Of a DNA stretch of 64,000 nt, positions 9,587 through 20,096 are shown in pieces. The stretch lies in the NCBI GenBank assembly GCA_002011035.2, contig MTLY02000003.1:640001-704000 (forward strand). The letters run 5' to 3'. Origin of the DNA: Candidatus Hecatella orcuttiae. Its GTDB lineage: Archaea > Thermoproteota > Bathyarchaeia > Hecatellales > Hecatellaceae. The position numbers and the translations under genes were made by a program. Under the pieces are notes generated by a model, which saw only the letters and a list, made by a program, of their open reading frames with translations, did not search any database and was not told the origin of the DNA. Within the stretch, counting starts at the first letter, position 1. Every line of letters starts with the position of its first letter.

Positions 9587-9919
9587 TCAGATTCCGAGCG
9601 TTTTAAGCGTGGAAACGAATTTTTCGGGGTTTTTAACCGACATGACCACTTCTTTCCAGTAGCTTCCTCTTCTCCTGATCTCTACACTTCTCCCGTGGTG
9701 GATGGCGAAATATAGCTTCTTTCCAAAGGGATTCAGCCTGAGCCCCCAGCCCACATACCAAGGGATTCCCTCCAAGACCCTAACCTCTTCTATGTCTGAA
9801 AGGGGAATCACATGCCTGTAAGGCCAGAAATAGGCCTCTACACCGTCTTCATAGATTCTGAAAGAGCTTGGAAAGAGCAGTCGATAGGATTTCTCCTCGT
9901 AGATCAACTTCCCCGTCAA
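9587..9919 (-). CDS. Hypothetical PH-like (bPH-type) protein
   Basis: 'IPLSDIEEV', 'GWGLR', 'SVKNPEKF' pattern typical of small bPH-like proteins. Confidence 0.55.
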   Translation of the reverse strand: MTGKLIYEEKSYRLLFPSSFRIYEDGVEAYFWPYRHVIPLSDIEEVRVLEGIPWYVGWGLRLNPFGKKLYFAIHHGRSVEIRRRGSYWKEVVMSVKNPEKFVSTLKTLGI

Positions 9920-10109
9920 ACCATCCCACTTCCACGAGGCTCAAGAATGGTCGAGGCTTCGTAACTTCCCGTCGACCACCCTGTGTTTACTGACCCACCA
10001 TCCAATAGTTTTTCCTAAGACTGAACGGATAAAACTTTATTTCAGCGCCGGAGATGAGATATACGCGCCTTCAACATGAGTTTGCGAAGTTGAGTTCCCC
10101 CGGAGGAAG

Positions 10110-11054
10110 ATGCTTCTGTTCTGCAACAAGTGCGGGAGAAGCCCCCCTGTCTTTTTCCGCCCTTACTCAGGGGAGCGGCTGTGCAGGGGATGTTTCCTCC
10201 GCTCCGTGGAGAAGCAGGTCCGCCAGACCGTTTCCAAATACCGCATGTTCAGGGAGCAGGACAAGATAGCCGTCGCCCTGTCCGGGGGGAAGGACAGCCT
10301 GGCCCTCCTTTACATTCTCCACCGGATTGAGAAAAACTTCCCCAAGGCCCGGCTCTTCGCCCTCACCGTCGACGAGGGCATCCCCCACTACCGGGAGGAA
10401 GCCGTGAAAAACGCCCGGAAGGCCTGCGAAGAATTGAACGTGGAACATGTGGTAGTGAGCTTCCGGGAGCTCTACGGCTTCACCCTCCAAACCCTAGCGG
10501 AAAAAATCAAAGACATCCGAGGGGAGATGACCCCCTGTTCCTACTGCGGAGTCCTCCGGCGGAGGGCTTTGAACAAGGTCGCCCGAGAAATGGGCGCCGA
10601 CAAACTGGCCACAGCGCATACCTTGGACGATGAGGTTCAGACTATGCTGCTCAACCTAGTCCACGGCGACATCCGCCGGATTTCGAGGGTGGAAGCCGTC
10701 ACCCCTGGGGCTGAGAAGCTGGTGCAGAGGGTGAAGCCTTTCAGCGAGGTTCCTGAGAACGAGGTCGCCCTCTACGCCTACCTGAAGGGCGTTGACTTCC
10801 AATCTTCCATCTGCCCCTATGCGCCCCAAGCCTTGAGGACGGAGGTCAGGGAGTTTGTAAACCGGCTGGAGGCTAGGCATCCTGGCTCCAAGTTTAAGCT
10901 CTACCGCTCCTTCGAGAAGCTTAAGCCCGCGGTGAAGGCGTCCTTCCCATCCCAGCTTTCTCAGTGCCAACTCTGCGGGGAGCCGGCTTCTCAGCCCCTC
11001 TGCGAACCCTGCCGCCTCCTAGAAAGCCTGAGGGCTAAGTTCCCGAAGCTTTAA
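10110..11054 (+). CDS. tRNA 2-thiolation protein (TtuA/Ncs6, TIGR00269-like)
   Basis: N- and C-terminal CxxC zinc fingers, PP-loop SGGKDS, 'CSYCGVLRR', 'AHTLDD'. Confidence 0.9.
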   Translation: MLLFCNKCGRSPPVFFRPYSGERLCRGCFLRSVEKQVRQTVSKYRMFREQDKIAVALSGGKDSLALLYILHRIEKNFPKARLFALTVDEGIPHYREEAVKNARKACEELNVEHVVVSFRELYGFTLQTLAEKIKDIRGEMTPCSYCGVLRRRALNKVAREMGADKLATAHTLDDEVQTMLLNLVHGDIRRISRVEAVTPGAEKLVQRVKPFSEVPENEVALYAYLKGVDFQSSICPYAPQALRTEVREFVNRLEARHPGSKFKLYRSFEKLKPAVKASFPSQLSQCQLCGEPASQPLCEPCRLLESLRAKFPKL

Positions 11055-11110
11055 AAATCCAAAAAACAATCTTCCATGCACACGGGAAAACGTTGAACAC
11101 GGTTTGAAAC

Positions 11111-12685
11111 ATGCAAGGGGAAAAGCCTCAGGGCAACGTAGAATACAAACTCAGGCTGGTGGACGTTTCCCCGGAAAGGCTGGATGAAATAGCCACCCAG
11201 CTGAAGTACCGGCTTGAAGAAGGCCTGGGGGAAGCCATCTACGAACTCGGAGTCATGGACGACGGGGAAGTCGTGGGGCTAAACGGCCGAGACCTAGACG
11301 AAACCCTGCGAACACTGGAGAAGGCGGCTAGAAAAATCAACGCCAAACTCACCCTCATCCGCAAAGTCAGCGGGAAAATAGGTGAAGCCTGCGAGGTTCT
11401 GATTCGGAGGACCAAGGAAGCAGGCAGCTTCCCCATCTGGCTCTACATCCCCGTCCTGGGAAACGTGGACTCTGGGAAATCCAGCCTGGTAAGCGTTCTG
11501 ACGACCGGGGAGCTGGACGACGGCAACGGAGGCGCCATGGTGAAGGTAGCCCGCTACCTCCACGAAATCAAGATGCGGAGAACCTCCTCGGTTTCCTCTC
11601 ACCCCCTAGGCTTCGACGAGTCTGGGAACACGGTGAACTACTCTTCCGCCTCCCCCTTGGACGAGGCGGAGATTTTCCTCAACTCCAGCAAGATCGTGGA
11701 CTTTGTGGACTTGGGCGGGCATGAACGATATTTTAAGACTACCCTCCGCGGCATCATGGGCCACCAGCCTGACTACTGCCTCATCACCGTGGCTGCGAAC
11801 ACGGGGATCAAGCCCATGACGGTGGAGCATCTGAAGGTAGTGGTGGGCCTAAGGCTTCCCATGATCTTCGTGATAACCAAGGCGGATTTGGCTCCGCATC
11901 TTCTGGAGAAGACCCTGAGGGACATCCAAAGCCTTGTGAAGCTTCCCAAGGTCAACGCTGTGCCCTTCCCCATCAGAAACTTCGACGACGCCGTGGTGGC
12001 CTCCAAGGTCATGCCCTGCGGCCGAGTGGCCCCTATCTTCACCATCTCCAACGTCACAGGCCGAGGAATAGACCTCCTCCGGGTTTTCCTCAACCTTCTC
12101 CCCCAGCGAACCCGGTGGGTGGAGCAGGCTAACAGGCAGTTTCTGATGTACGTGGACGAGGTTTTCAACGTGCGAGGCGTAGGCCCGGTGGTCTCCGGGT
12201 TGGTCATGCAGGGAGGCATCTCCGAAAACGACTACGCCCTCCTCGGACCCTTCAAGGACGGCAGCTTCAGAAACGTGAGGATAAAATCCATCCACCTCAA
12301 CAGAACCTTTGTAGACTGCGCGGTTGCGGGGAACGACGCCTGCCTAGCCTTAGCCGGGATCAGAGTGGAGGAACTCCGGAAGGGTATGGTTCTCCTCAGC
12401 GTTGAAGCTAAGCCCAAGGCGGTGACTGAGTTTGAGGGGGAAGTCTTCATTCTCCACCACCCCACCACCATCCGCCCGGGCTACCAAGCGGTGGTGCACC
12501 TTCACACCGTCCGCCAGGCTGCGGAGTTCGCTGAGATCCACGGCAAGGGCGTGCTGAGAACCGGGGACTGCGGCAGGGTTAGGTTCAGCTTCCTCTACAA
12601 CCCTGAATACGTGGTGGAGGGGCAGAACTTCGTGTTCAGGGAAGCCAACGCCAAAGGCATAGGCGTCGTAAAAAAGATACTTTAA
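11111..12685 (+). CDS. GTPBP1/GTPBP2-like translational GTPase
   Basis: N-domain 'GNVEYKLRL..TQLKYRLEEGLGEAIYELGV'; G1 GNVDSGKSS, 'DLGGHERY', TKAD; EF-Tu-like domains II and III. Confidence 0.9.
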   Translation: MQGEKPQGNVEYKLRLVDVSPERLDEIATQLKYRLEEGLGEAIYELGVMDDGEVVGLNGRDLDETLRTLEKAARKINAKLTLIRKVSGKIGEACEVLIRRTKEAGSFPIWLYIPVLGNVDSGKSSLVSVLTTGELDDGNGGAMVKVARYLHEIKMRRTSSVSSHPLGFDESGNTVNYSSASPLDEAEIFLNSSKIVDFVDLGGHERYFKTTLRGIMGHQPDYCLITVAANTGIKPMTVEHLKVVVGLRLPMIFVITKADLAPHLLEKTLRDIQSLVKLPKVNAVPFPIRNFDDAVVASKVMPCGRVAPIFTISNVTGRGIDLLRVFLNLLPQRTRWVEQANRQFLMYVDEVFNVRGVGPVVSGLVMQGGISENDYALLGPFKDGSFRNVRIKSIHLNRTFVDCAVAGNDACLALAGIRVEELRKGMVLLSVEAKPKAVTEFEGEVFILHHPTTIRPGYQAVVHLHTVRQAAEFAEIHGKGVLRTGDCGRVRFSFLYNPEYVVEGQNFVFREANAKGIGVVKKIL

Positions 12686-12710
12686 ACCGCCCGGATGCCG
12701 GCTGGCTTCT

Positions 12711-13811
12711 TCAGCCTCCGAAGCCCTGAGCTTCCCCCACGATGGGAATCTCCCACCCGCACCGGGGGCATCTCTTCTCCTTCGAAACCTTGTACTTGCA
12801 GACGGTGAAGCCGAATCTCTCGATGAGCAGCTCCCCGCAGCCGGGGCAGTAGGTGTTCTCCCCCGGATGGCCTGGCACGTTGCCTAGGTACACATACCGG
12901 ACGCCCGCCTTCTTAGCCGTGCGATAGGCTTTTTCCAACGTCTCCACCGGGGTCCTCGGCCTATCCGTCATTTTGTAGTCAGGGTGAAAACGGGTGAAAT
13001 GGAGAGGCGTGTCAGGCCCTGCCTCCTTCAGATGCTGTTCTATCAGCTCCTCCAAGCAGTCTTCACTGTCGTTTAATCCGGGGATCACTAGGTTGACTAC
13101 TTCCACGTGCATTCCCAGCCTCTTGGCTTTCCCCACGTTTCTCCAAACAACCTCCACATCGGCGCCGCAGTAACGTCGAACCGCTTCCCCGCCGCCTTTC
13201 ACGTCGAATTTGATGGCGTCCATTCCCGCGGCCTTCAGCATCTCCAAGGCCTCTCCGGTCATGTAGCCGTTGGAGACATAGGTGTTATAAAGGCCTCTCT
13301 CTCGCGCCAGGGGGAAGACGTCGAGGCTGTATTCGAAGAGCAGGGTGGGTTCGTTGAAGGAAATCGAAGTACCCCGGCATCCTTCGCGAAGGGTCATTTT
13401 CACAAGGGTTTCAGGGGCGACGTAGCTGGCTCTAGCCGGGTTTGGGGGGTATTTGCTGATGTCGCTGTTTTGACACCAAGGGCAGGCGAAGTTGCAGCTC
13501 CATGTGCCGATGGTTAAAGCCGAAGTTCCCGGCCAGAAGTGGAAGAAGGGCTTCTTCTCGATGGGGTTGGCTGACAGGGAGGATATGTCCCCGTACACCA
13601 GCGTGTAAAGCTTCCCCGCCTTGTTCCTCCTAGTTTGGCAGAAGCCGTCTTCGCCGGGGGTGACGATGCATCTTCTCTCGCAAGTTCGACAGCGGACTTT
13701 GTTGTTTCCCACCTTGTCGTAGAGAACTGCCTCCCGCACGGTGGGGTAGAGAGGAGCCTGCTTCTTCATGGGCTTCAATAGTTTAGGCGGGAAACTGGGC
13801 TTTAACTCCAT
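12711..13811 (-). CDS. AmmeMemoRadiSam-system radical SAM enzyme (PflX-like)
   Basis: 'PIEKKPFFHF', CNFACPWC cluster motif, 'SFNEP', 'YVYLGNVPG', 'TYCPGCG'. Confidence 0.88.
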   Translation of the reverse strand: MELKPSFPPKLLKPMKKQAPLYPTVREAVLYDKVGNNKVRCRTCERRCIVTPGEDGFCQTRRNKAGKLYTLVYGDISSLSANPIEKKPFFHFWPGTSALTIGTWSCNFACPWCQNSDISKYPPNPARASYVAPETLVKMTLREGCRGTSISFNEPTLLFEYSLDVFPLARERGLYNTYVSNGYMTGEALEMLKAAGMDAIKFDVKGGGEAVRRYCGADVEVVWRNVGKAKRLGMHVEVVNLVIPGLNDSEDCLEELIEQHLKEAGPDTPLHFTRFHPDYKMTDRPRTPVETLEKAYRTAKKAGVRYVYLGNVPGHPGENTYCPGCGELLIERFGFTVCKYKVSKEKRCPRCGWEIPIVGEAQGFGG

Positions 13812-13932
13812 CGTCTGCTCCGAAGTCCCCGCAGGCTTGTGAGAGGGGGGAAAAGTTTTAATTTTGCAAGTATATTGATTGAGAGAGAAGGATAGGAAAA
13901 GATGGGAATTGAAATTTTGAGAGGTGTGTAGT

Positions 13933-14676
13933 ATGGGTTTTGTTCCTCCAAGTGCTTACGACCGAGCTATAACTGTCTTCTCCCCCGACGGCCGAATTTT
14001 CCAGGTGGAATACGCCTTTGAACCTGTTAGAAAGGGCACAACCGCCATTGGCATGGCTTGCAACGGCGGGGTTGTGCTGGCTGTGGAGGAGAGACCTTTC
14101 TCCGTGCTTCAAGACGTCAACGTGCCTCAGAAGCTGTTTCAAATAGATGAGCATGTGGGTGCAGCTGTGGCCGGGCTGATGGGTGATGCGCGGATAATGG
14201 TGGATCAGGCTCGCATCTACGCCCAGTCCAACAGGTTGATGTACGATGAGCCCATAGGCATCGAGGTCCTGGGGAAGCGGGCTGGAGATATAGCTCAACT
14301 CTACACGCAGCACGCTGGGGTCAGGCCTTTCGGGGCTTCCATCATCTTCGCCGGCATCGACAAAACCGGCAGCAGGGTTTTCCTCAGCGAGCCCAGCGGA
14401 GCCTACTGGGGCTTCAAAGCTGTGGCCATAGGCGCTGGGGCTGATGTGGTTAAGCCCATTCTGGAGAAGGAGTACCGGGAGGACATGAACTTGGATGAGG
14501 CGGCAGCCTTGGCTCTTTACTGTCTCTCCAAGGTGATGGAAGGTAAGCTTGAACCTTCCAAGATTAAGATGGCTTTTGTGGATAAAGAAACCAAGAAGTT
14601 CAGAATCCTCTCCTGGGAGGAGATTGAAAAATACGCCAAGAAGGCGAATTCTTTCAAGGCAGCGGATAGGGGATGA
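13933..14676 (+). CDS. psmA: 20S proteasome alpha subunit
   Basis: 'YDRAITVFSPDGRIFQVEYA', 'GVRPFG'. Confidence 0.97.
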   Translation: MGFVPPSAYDRAITVFSPDGRIFQVEYAFEPVRKGTTAIGMACNGGVVLAVEERPFSVLQDVNVPQKLFQIDEHVGAAVAGLMGDARIMVDQARIYAQSNRLMYDEPIGIEVLGKRAGDIAQLYTQHAGVRPFGASIIFAGIDKTGSRVFLSEPSGAYWGFKAVAIGAGADVVKPILEKEYREDMNLDEAAALALYCLSKVMEGKLEPSKIKMAFVDKETKKFRILSWEEIEKYAKKANSFKAADRG

Positions 14677-15362
14677 GCCAAAAGTACACCGTGGCAAGGC
14701 TGGTTTTGGGCGGAGACAGGTTTGAAATAATGGTACACCCTGACAAGGCCATGGACTACAAGCTGGGTAAGCCGGTGAGCCTCTCGCAGATTCTCATAAG
14801 TGAAACGATCTTCAAAGACGTAAGCAAAGGGGAGCGGGCTTCCGAGGAAAAACTGAAAAAGGCTTTCGGCACCCTTGACTCCCAAGCCGTCTCCAAGGTC
14901 ATCCTGGATAAGGGAGAGCTTCAGTTCACCGCCCAGCAGAGAAGACAGCTTATTGAAGATAAGAAACGGCAGATAGTAGCCTTCATCTGCAAATACTGCG
15001 CCGATCCCAGAACAGGGCTGCCTCATCCCCCCCTCAGGGTGGAGCAGGCCATGGGTCAGGTCCGCGTGTCCATCGACCCCTTTCGAAGCACCGAGGAGCA
15101 GGCTAAGGAGCTCATCCAAGCCCTCCGCCCCGTGCTGCCGTTGAAGATGGAGATGGTCTCTGTGGAGGTTAAACTTCCGCCACGCTATGCCCCCGCAGCC
15201 TACGGGACTCTGAAATCCTTCGGCACCATCAAACAGGAACAGTGGACCTCCGACGGCTCGCTGGTGGCGGTGGTGGAGATGCCTGTAGGGCTTCACGGCC
15301 CCTTCTTGGAGAAGCTGGGAAACCTGACAAAGGGCTCCGTGGAGAGCAGGCTTTTGAAATAG
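14673..15362 (+). CDS. Ribosome maturation factor SBDS/Sdo1
   Basis: 'RFEIMV', 'IFKDVSKGERAS', 'GELQFT', 'DPRTGLPHPP'. Confidence 0.95.
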   Translation: MSQKYTVARLVLGGDRFEIMVHPDKAMDYKLGKPVSLSQILISETIFKDVSKGERASEEKLKKAFGTLDSQAVSKVILDKGELQFTAQQRRQLIEDKKRQIVAFICKYCADPRTGLPHPPLRVEQAMGQVRVSIDPFRSTEEQAKELIQALRPVLPLKMEMVSVEVKLPPRYAPAAYGTLKSFGTIKQEQWTSDGSLVAVVEMPVGLHGPFLEKLGNLTKGSVESRLLK

Positions 15363-15411
15363 TTTCGTTGAATGTTCGTGTTCCCTTTATGGTTTAAGAG
15401 AGGAGTTTGAA

Positions 15412-16122
15412 ATGGCTGTTCTGGTGGAAAAAAGACAGCTGGTCACGCCGGGAGAGCCTCTGGCTGAAGGGGATTTCATCGCCGGGGAGAACAGCTACCA
15501 GTCTGAGGGGAAGATTTACTCCCAAAAGCTGGGGCTGGCGGAAATAGATGGGAAAAAAATCTCCGTTGTGCCGTTGAAAGGCCCCTACATGCCGGCGGTG
15601 GGAGACTTGGTGGTGGGACAGGTGGTCGATGTGAGCATGGGCGGCTGGCATGTGGACATCAACGCCCCCTATACGGCTATCCTCCCGATTTCCGAAGTTA
15701 AGGGTAAACCCTTCGGCCCCCGGTTGGAGGCTCTCACCCGCATCTTCGGAATAGGCGAAATTCTCGTCTCTAAGGTCATCGCCTTCGACAGAACCCGAGA
15801 CCCGGTTATAACCATCCAAGGGCCCGGCTTGGGAAAAGTCCGCGACGGGGTGGTTGTGGGGCTGACTCCCACCAAGGTTCCTAGGCTTATTGGGAGAAAA
15901 GGTTCCATGATAAGCATGATAAAACGGGAAAGTGGCTGCGAAATCGTCGTCGGCCAGAATGGAAGAATCTACATCAGCGGCAGAAACCCGGAGAAGGTGG
16001 AACTTGTTATCAGAGCTGTCAGGATGGTGGAGGAGCAGGCTCACACCACGGGGCTGACAGACCGAATCAAAGCCTTCTTGGAAGCTGGAAAAGAGGTGAA
16101 GACGGATGAAAAGCAGCCGTAA
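15412..16122 (+). CDS. rrp4: Exosome cap subunit Rrp4 (S1 + KH)
   Basis: 'VTPGEPL', '[11 protein letters not shown]', KH '[10 protein letters not shown]', 'GQNGRI', 'AHTTGLTD'. Confidence 0.96.
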   Translation: MAVLVEKRQLVTPGEPLAEGDFIAGENSYQSEGKIYSQKLGLAEIDGKKISVVPLKGPYMPAVGDLVVGQVVDVSMGGWHVDINAPYTAILPISEVKGKPFGPRLEALTRIFGIGEILVSKVIAFDRTRDPVITIQGPGLGKVRDGVVVGLTPTKVPRLIGRKGSMISMIKRESGCEIVVGQNGRIYISGRNPEKVELVIRAVRMVEEQAHTTGLTDRIKAFLEAGKEVKTDEKQP

Positions 16123-16858
16123 GTTGATCGATGAGAACGGTTTAAGGGTGGATGGAAGACGGTGGGATGAGCTGAGGCCTGTCAAGATGGAAGTAGGCCT
16201 GCTGGCCAACGCCAATGGCTCCAGCTACATCCAGCAGGGGAAAAACAAGATCATGGTAGCCGTCTACGGGCCGAAGGAAGCTCACCCCAAGCATCTGGGA
16301 AACCCGGACAGGGCTATCATCAGATGCCGGTTTCACATGGCTCCCTTCTCCACCGAGGAAAGGAAATCCCCAGCTCCCTCCCGCCGGGAGGTTGAGCTTT
16401 CCAAGATCATAAGAGAAGCCTTGGAGCCCGCTGTGTTCTCCGAGTATTACCCCCGAAGCATGATAGACGTGTTCATCGAAGTCCTGGAGTCGGATGGGGG
16501 AAGCCGGTGCGCTGGGACCATGGCTGCATCTCTCGCCCTAGCCGACGCAGGCATCCCCCTCAGGGATTTGGTCGCTGCCTGCGCCGTGGGGAAAGTGGAG
16601 GGACAGATAGTCTTGGACTTGAACGATGTGGAGGATAAAGAGGGGGAAGCCGACATGCCTGTGGCTGTCATCCCAGCCCTAGGCAGAATTTCCCTCCTCC
16701 AGATGGATGGGCAGTTCACCGAGGAGGAGTTTGCGGAAGCCTTGGAGCTGGCTCAGAAAGGCTGCCGGAGTCTCTATGAAATCCAGAAGCAGGCTTTGAA
16801 GCAGAGGTACCTCCCGGAGAAGGAAGCCTTAGAGGCTGAGGAGAAAGGAGGGAAGTGA
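16106..16858 (+). CDS. rrp41: Exosome catalytic subunit Rrp41
   Basis: '[12 protein letters not shown]', '[10 protein letters not shown]', 'DGGSR', 'DKEGEADMP'. Confidence 0.97.
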   Translation: MKSSRKLIDENGLRVDGRRWDELRPVKMEVGLLANANGSSYIQQGKNKIMVAVYGPKEAHPKHLGNPDRAIIRCRFHMAPFSTEERKSPAPSRREVELSKIIREALEPAVFSEYYPRSMIDVFIEVLESDGGSRCAGTMAASLALADAGIPLRDLVAACAVGKVEGQIVLDLNDVEDKEGEADMPVAVIPALGRISLLQMDGQFTEEEFAEALELAQKGCRSLYEIQKQALKQRYLPEKEALEAEEKGGK

Positions 16859-16861
16859 AGC

Positions 16862-17674
16862 ATGTCCATAACCTCTCAAGCCGAACCTCTGGCTAAGATT
16901 CGAAGCAAACAGATGATGGAGCTTCTCGCCTCAGGGAAGAGGATCGACGGGCGAGACCTTCTCGCCCAGAGGGAAATCACACTGGAAAGGGGAATCATAG
17001 AGAAGGCGGAAGGCTCAGCCTCCGTCACCTTGGGAAACACCCGGGTGCTGGTGGGGGTTAAAATCGAGGCTGGGGAACCCTACCCTGACACGCCAAACCA
17101 AGGGGTCCTAACCGTCAACGCCGAGTTCGTCCCCTTGGCTCACGAGTTCTTCGAGCCCGGTCCTCCTAATGAGAACTCTATCGAGCTTGCTCGAATAGTG
17201 GACAGAGGCATCCGGGAGTCTAAGGCTGTGGACTTGGAGAAGCTGGTCCTCACCCCCGGCCGCCTTGTGTACGTGGTCTTCGTAGACATCTACATTCTCA
17301 ACCACGACGGAAACTTGGTGGATGCCTCCGAGTACGCTGCTTTGGCTGCGCTTCAACAAGCCAAGCTGCCCAAGGTTGAAGTCGGGGAGGACGGTGAAGT
17401 CAAGAGGACGGGTGAATTCGAAAAACTGCCGGTGGTGGACACGCCTATATCCGTGACGGTGGCGGAGATAGACGGCAAACTTCTGGTCGACCCCAACTTG
17501 GAGGAGGAGAACATGGCGCAGGCTAAGGTAACCATGACGCTGACCAAAGATAACAAGCTTTGCGCTGTCCAGAAAAGCGGAGCCGGAACCTTCGCCTTCA
17601 ACCAAATTCTTGAATGCTTCAAGATAGCCCGAGAAAAGTCTTCGGAGATTCGGAGAAAGTTTTTCGAGGAGTAG
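16862..17674 (+). CDS. rrp42: Exosome subunit Rrp42
   Basis: 'KRIDGR', 'AEGSA', 'PYPDTPNQG', 'FEPGPP', 'VDRGIRES', 'HDGN'. Confidence 0.97.
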   Translation: MSITSQAEPLAKIRSKQMMELLASGKRIDGRDLLAQREITLERGIIEKAEGSASVTLGNTRVLVGVKIEAGEPYPDTPNQGVLTVNAEFVPLAHEFFEPGPPNENSIELARIVDRGIRESKAVDLEKLVLTPGRLVYVVFVDIYILNHDGNLVDASEYAALAALQQAKLPKVEVGEDGEVKRTGEFEKLPVVDTPISVTVAEIDGKLLVDPNLEEENMAQAKVTMTLTKDNKLCAVQKSGAGTFAFNQILECFKIAREKSSEIRRKFFEE

Positions 17675-17682
17675 CTGAAACC

Positions 17683-17949
17683 ATGGGGCGAACGAAAAAA
17701 GTAGGAATCGTCGGCAGGTTCGGAGCTCGAGGCGGCTCCAGCCTCAGGAAGGCTCGGGCTAAGATTGAAGAAGAAGCTAAAAGCATCTACGAGTGCCCCC
17801 AATGCCTCCGGAGGGCCGTGAAAAAGTTCAGCGTGGGAGTTTGGAAATGCTCTCGATGCGGCTTCACCTTTGCAGGCGGAGCCTATAAGCCCTCCACCAA
17901 GCTGGGGGAGACGGTGAAGAAAGAGAGAGACCGTCTTCTGAAACATTAG
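17683..17949 (+). CDS. rpl37ae: 50S ribosomal protein L37ae (eL43)
   Basis: 'TKKVGIVGRFGARGG', 'CPQC', 'GVWKCSRCGFTFAGGAY'; ATG at 17683. Confidence 0.95.
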   Translation: MGRTKKVGIVGRFGARGGSSLRKARAKIEEEAKSIYECPQCLRRAVKKFSVGVWKCSRCGFTFAGGAYKPSTKLGETVKKERDRLLKH

Positions 17950-18069
17950 CTGCGTTCTCAAAACACTCAGTCCAGCTTCTCCACCTGCGAGAAGAAGAGT
18001 GCGGCAGCTCAGCGGTCGAGCTAAATAGCTTCCCTGCATCCTTATCTTTCAGGAACCGGAGGATTATCC

Positions 18070-19425
18070 ATGCGTCCTGAGAGAAAACTTCCCGTCGCCC
18101 TCACCATAGCGGGAGTGGACAGCTGCGGAGGCGCAGGGGTAGCCGCTGACCTTAAAACCTTCTCCGCCCTAGGAGTCCACGGCGCCTGCGCAGTCACAGC
18201 CTTAACAGCCCAAAACACCCGAAGCGTCGCTGAAATTTCACCCGTGGAGCCTAGGTTTCTGGAAAAGCAGCTGGAAACCCTCCTGGCAGACCTGAAGGTC
18301 AACGCCTTCAAGACCGGCATGCTCCCCAGCCGGGAAACCGTGGAATGCGTCTCAGATTTCATGGAAGACGGCCGGCTGAAAAAGGCCGTGGTGGACCCTG
18401 TTTTCAAGGCGACCACCGGGAGACGGCTGTCGGCTGAGGACGCTGTGGAAGCCTACGCCCGAAGGCTTCTCCCCCAGGCAACGCTGGCCACTCCCAACCT
18501 CTGGGAGGCAGAAAAACTCTCAGGGGTCAGAATAAAAAGCCTCCGAGAGCTGAAGAAGGCGGCTAGAAAAATCTCCGACCTAGGGGTGAAAGGCGTCGTG
18601 ATCAAGGGAGGCCACCTCCGAGGCGGCAAGGCCGTAGACCTCCTCTACTGGAAGGGAGAATTCGCAGTCTACCCCAAACCTCGGCTTCCCGTCTCCCTGC
18701 ACGGGGGAGGCTGTGTTTTCTCAGCCGCCCTCACAGCCCTGCTGGCTAAGGGGCTGGAGCCCTGGAAGGCGGTAGAGGAGGTGGAGGCCTACATTCATCC
18801 CCTTTTCCAGTTCGGCCTCCAGGTGGGAAGCGGCTTGAAGGTGGTGAACCCTCTGATTCCCCTCTACAACGAAGCTGAAAAAGCCGCTGTGGCGGGGAAC
18901 GTGGATGAAGCCCGGTGGAGGATTGTGAAGGATAAGAGGTTTCACCCCTTCATCGCCCAGGTAGGCAGCCAAGTGGCCATGGCGCTGCCCTATCCCACCT
19001 CCACAAACCATGTGGCCGCCGTGGAGGGAAGAATCCGGAGGGAGGGCGGTGAAATCAAAGCCTCAGGCCCCGTCAGATTCGGAGTCTCCACCCACATGGC
19101 CCGGCTCATCCTAGCCGCCACTCAGTTGGGGTCCTCCAAGAGGGCGGCTTTGAACCTCCACTACCACAGAAGACTGCTTCAAGCCTTGAAGAAGGCGGGA
19201 ATGAAAACGAGAAGCTTCAACCGGCGGAAGGAACCCGGCCCTGTGAAAAAGGTGGAAGGAAGCACGCTGCCCTGGGGCCTCCGGACGGCTGCTCTCCGGG
19301 CGGGGGAAGTGCCCGACGTCCTCTACGACTTGGGGGAGAAAGGCAGGGAGCCGATGATAAGGGTGCTGGGGGAGACAGCGGTGGAAGCAGTGGAGAAAGC
19401 GTCTAGGGCCTTAGAGTTTTTATGA
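18070..19425 (+). CDS. thiDN: Bifunctional HMP(-P) kinase / thiamine-phosphate synthase ThiDN
   Basis: '[17 protein letters not shown]', 'TPNLWEA', 'KGGH'; ThiN part 'FGVSTHMAR', 'EGSTLPWG', '[10 protein letters not shown]'. Confidence 0.92.
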   Translation: MRPERKLPVALTIAGVDSCGGAGVAADLKTFSALGVHGACAVTALTAQNTRSVAEISPVEPRFLEKQLETLLADLKVNAFKTGMLPSRETVECVSDFMEDGRLKKAVVDPVFKATTGRRLSAEDAVEAYARRLLPQATLATPNLWEAEKLSGVRIKSLRELKKAARKISDLGVKGVVIKGGHLRGGKAVDLLYWKGEFAVYPKPRLPVSLHGGGCVFSAALTALLAKGLEPWKAVEEVEAYIHPLFQFGLQVGSGLKVVNPLIPLYNEAEKAAVAGNVDEARWRIVKDKRFHPFIAQVGSQVAMALPYPTSTNHVAAVEGRIRREGGEIKASGPVRFGVSTHMARLILAATQLGSSKRAALNLHYHRRLLQALKKAGMKTRSFNRRKEPGPVKKVEGSTLPWGLRTAALRAGEVPDVLYDLGEKGREPMIRVLGETAVEAVEKASRALEFL

Positions 19426-20053
19426 CTTCTTCCGCCCGCTTTTTCGCCTCCCCGAGCCTCCGTCTTCTCAGCAGCTGTTTGACGGTTTTGTCTCTGATGA
19501 TCCTGTAGAGCAAGCGGCGTTTGGAGTCCTCCCCTAAACTCATGCCTTTCAGCCGGGTTCTCACATGGTTTTGAAGTTTAACCTGCAAGAGGTCTTCCGG
19601 GGTTATAGTCTCTTCCACTCTTTTACGGAGAATCCTAGCCATGGCAGGGCTTTTCCCCCGAGTGGACACGGCTATCCTGAAGTCCCCCACCCTAGCCACC
19701 GCCGGGGTGATGAAATCGCTCACCGAAGGATTGTCCACCGCGCAGACGAGAACCCCGAGCTTTTTCGCCTCCCCCACCACAGCCTCGTTGAGGCAGCGGT
19801 CATCGCAGGCAGCGAACACAACGCTGGACTGAGCCATCACCCTGCGGAGTTTGGGGAGATTCTTTTCCACATCAAGCTCTACCAGTTTGACTCGCCCAGT
19901 TTCCCCCATTTTTTTAAGGCGGGGAGTGAAGTCTCTGCTGGCTATCACGACCTTCGCCCTTTCTTCCAGAGAATTTTCAGCCTTCCTTTCGCCGACTTTC
20001 CCGCCGCCTACTATGAGGACAGTTTTCCCGTCCAGCTTCAAGTCGATGAGCAC
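19403..20053 (-). CDS. sirC: Precorrin-2 dehydrogenase / sirohydrochlorin ferrochelatase (SirC/Met8p/CysG-N)
   Basis: 'VGGGKVGERK', 'AVDNP...DFITPA', 'AVSTRGKSPAMAR'. Confidence 0.9.
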   Translation of the reverse strand: MLIDLKLDGKTVLIVGGGKVGERKAENSLEERAKVVIASRDFTPRLKKMGETGRVKLVELDVEKNLPKLRRVMAQSSVVFAACDDRCLNEAVVGEAKKLGVLVCAVDNPSVSDFITPAVARVGDFRIAVSTRGKSPAMARILRKRVEETITPEDLLQVKLQNHVRTRLKGMSLGEDSKRRLLYRIIRDKTVKQLLRRRRLGEAKKRAEEVIKTLRP

Positions 20054-20096
20054 TTTCCCTTCCTCCCGCAGTTCAAAGCCTAGGATTCACTCAGCC

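Noticed and set aside
13933-17949. Proteasome-SBDS-exosome-L37ae gene string
   Set aside because: A well-known conserved archaeal superoperon; only the absence of a downstream rpoP differs.
18001-18025. GCAGCTCAGCGGTCGAGC resembles a tRNA D-arm
   Set aside because: No acceptor, anticodon or T arm nearby; probably chance.
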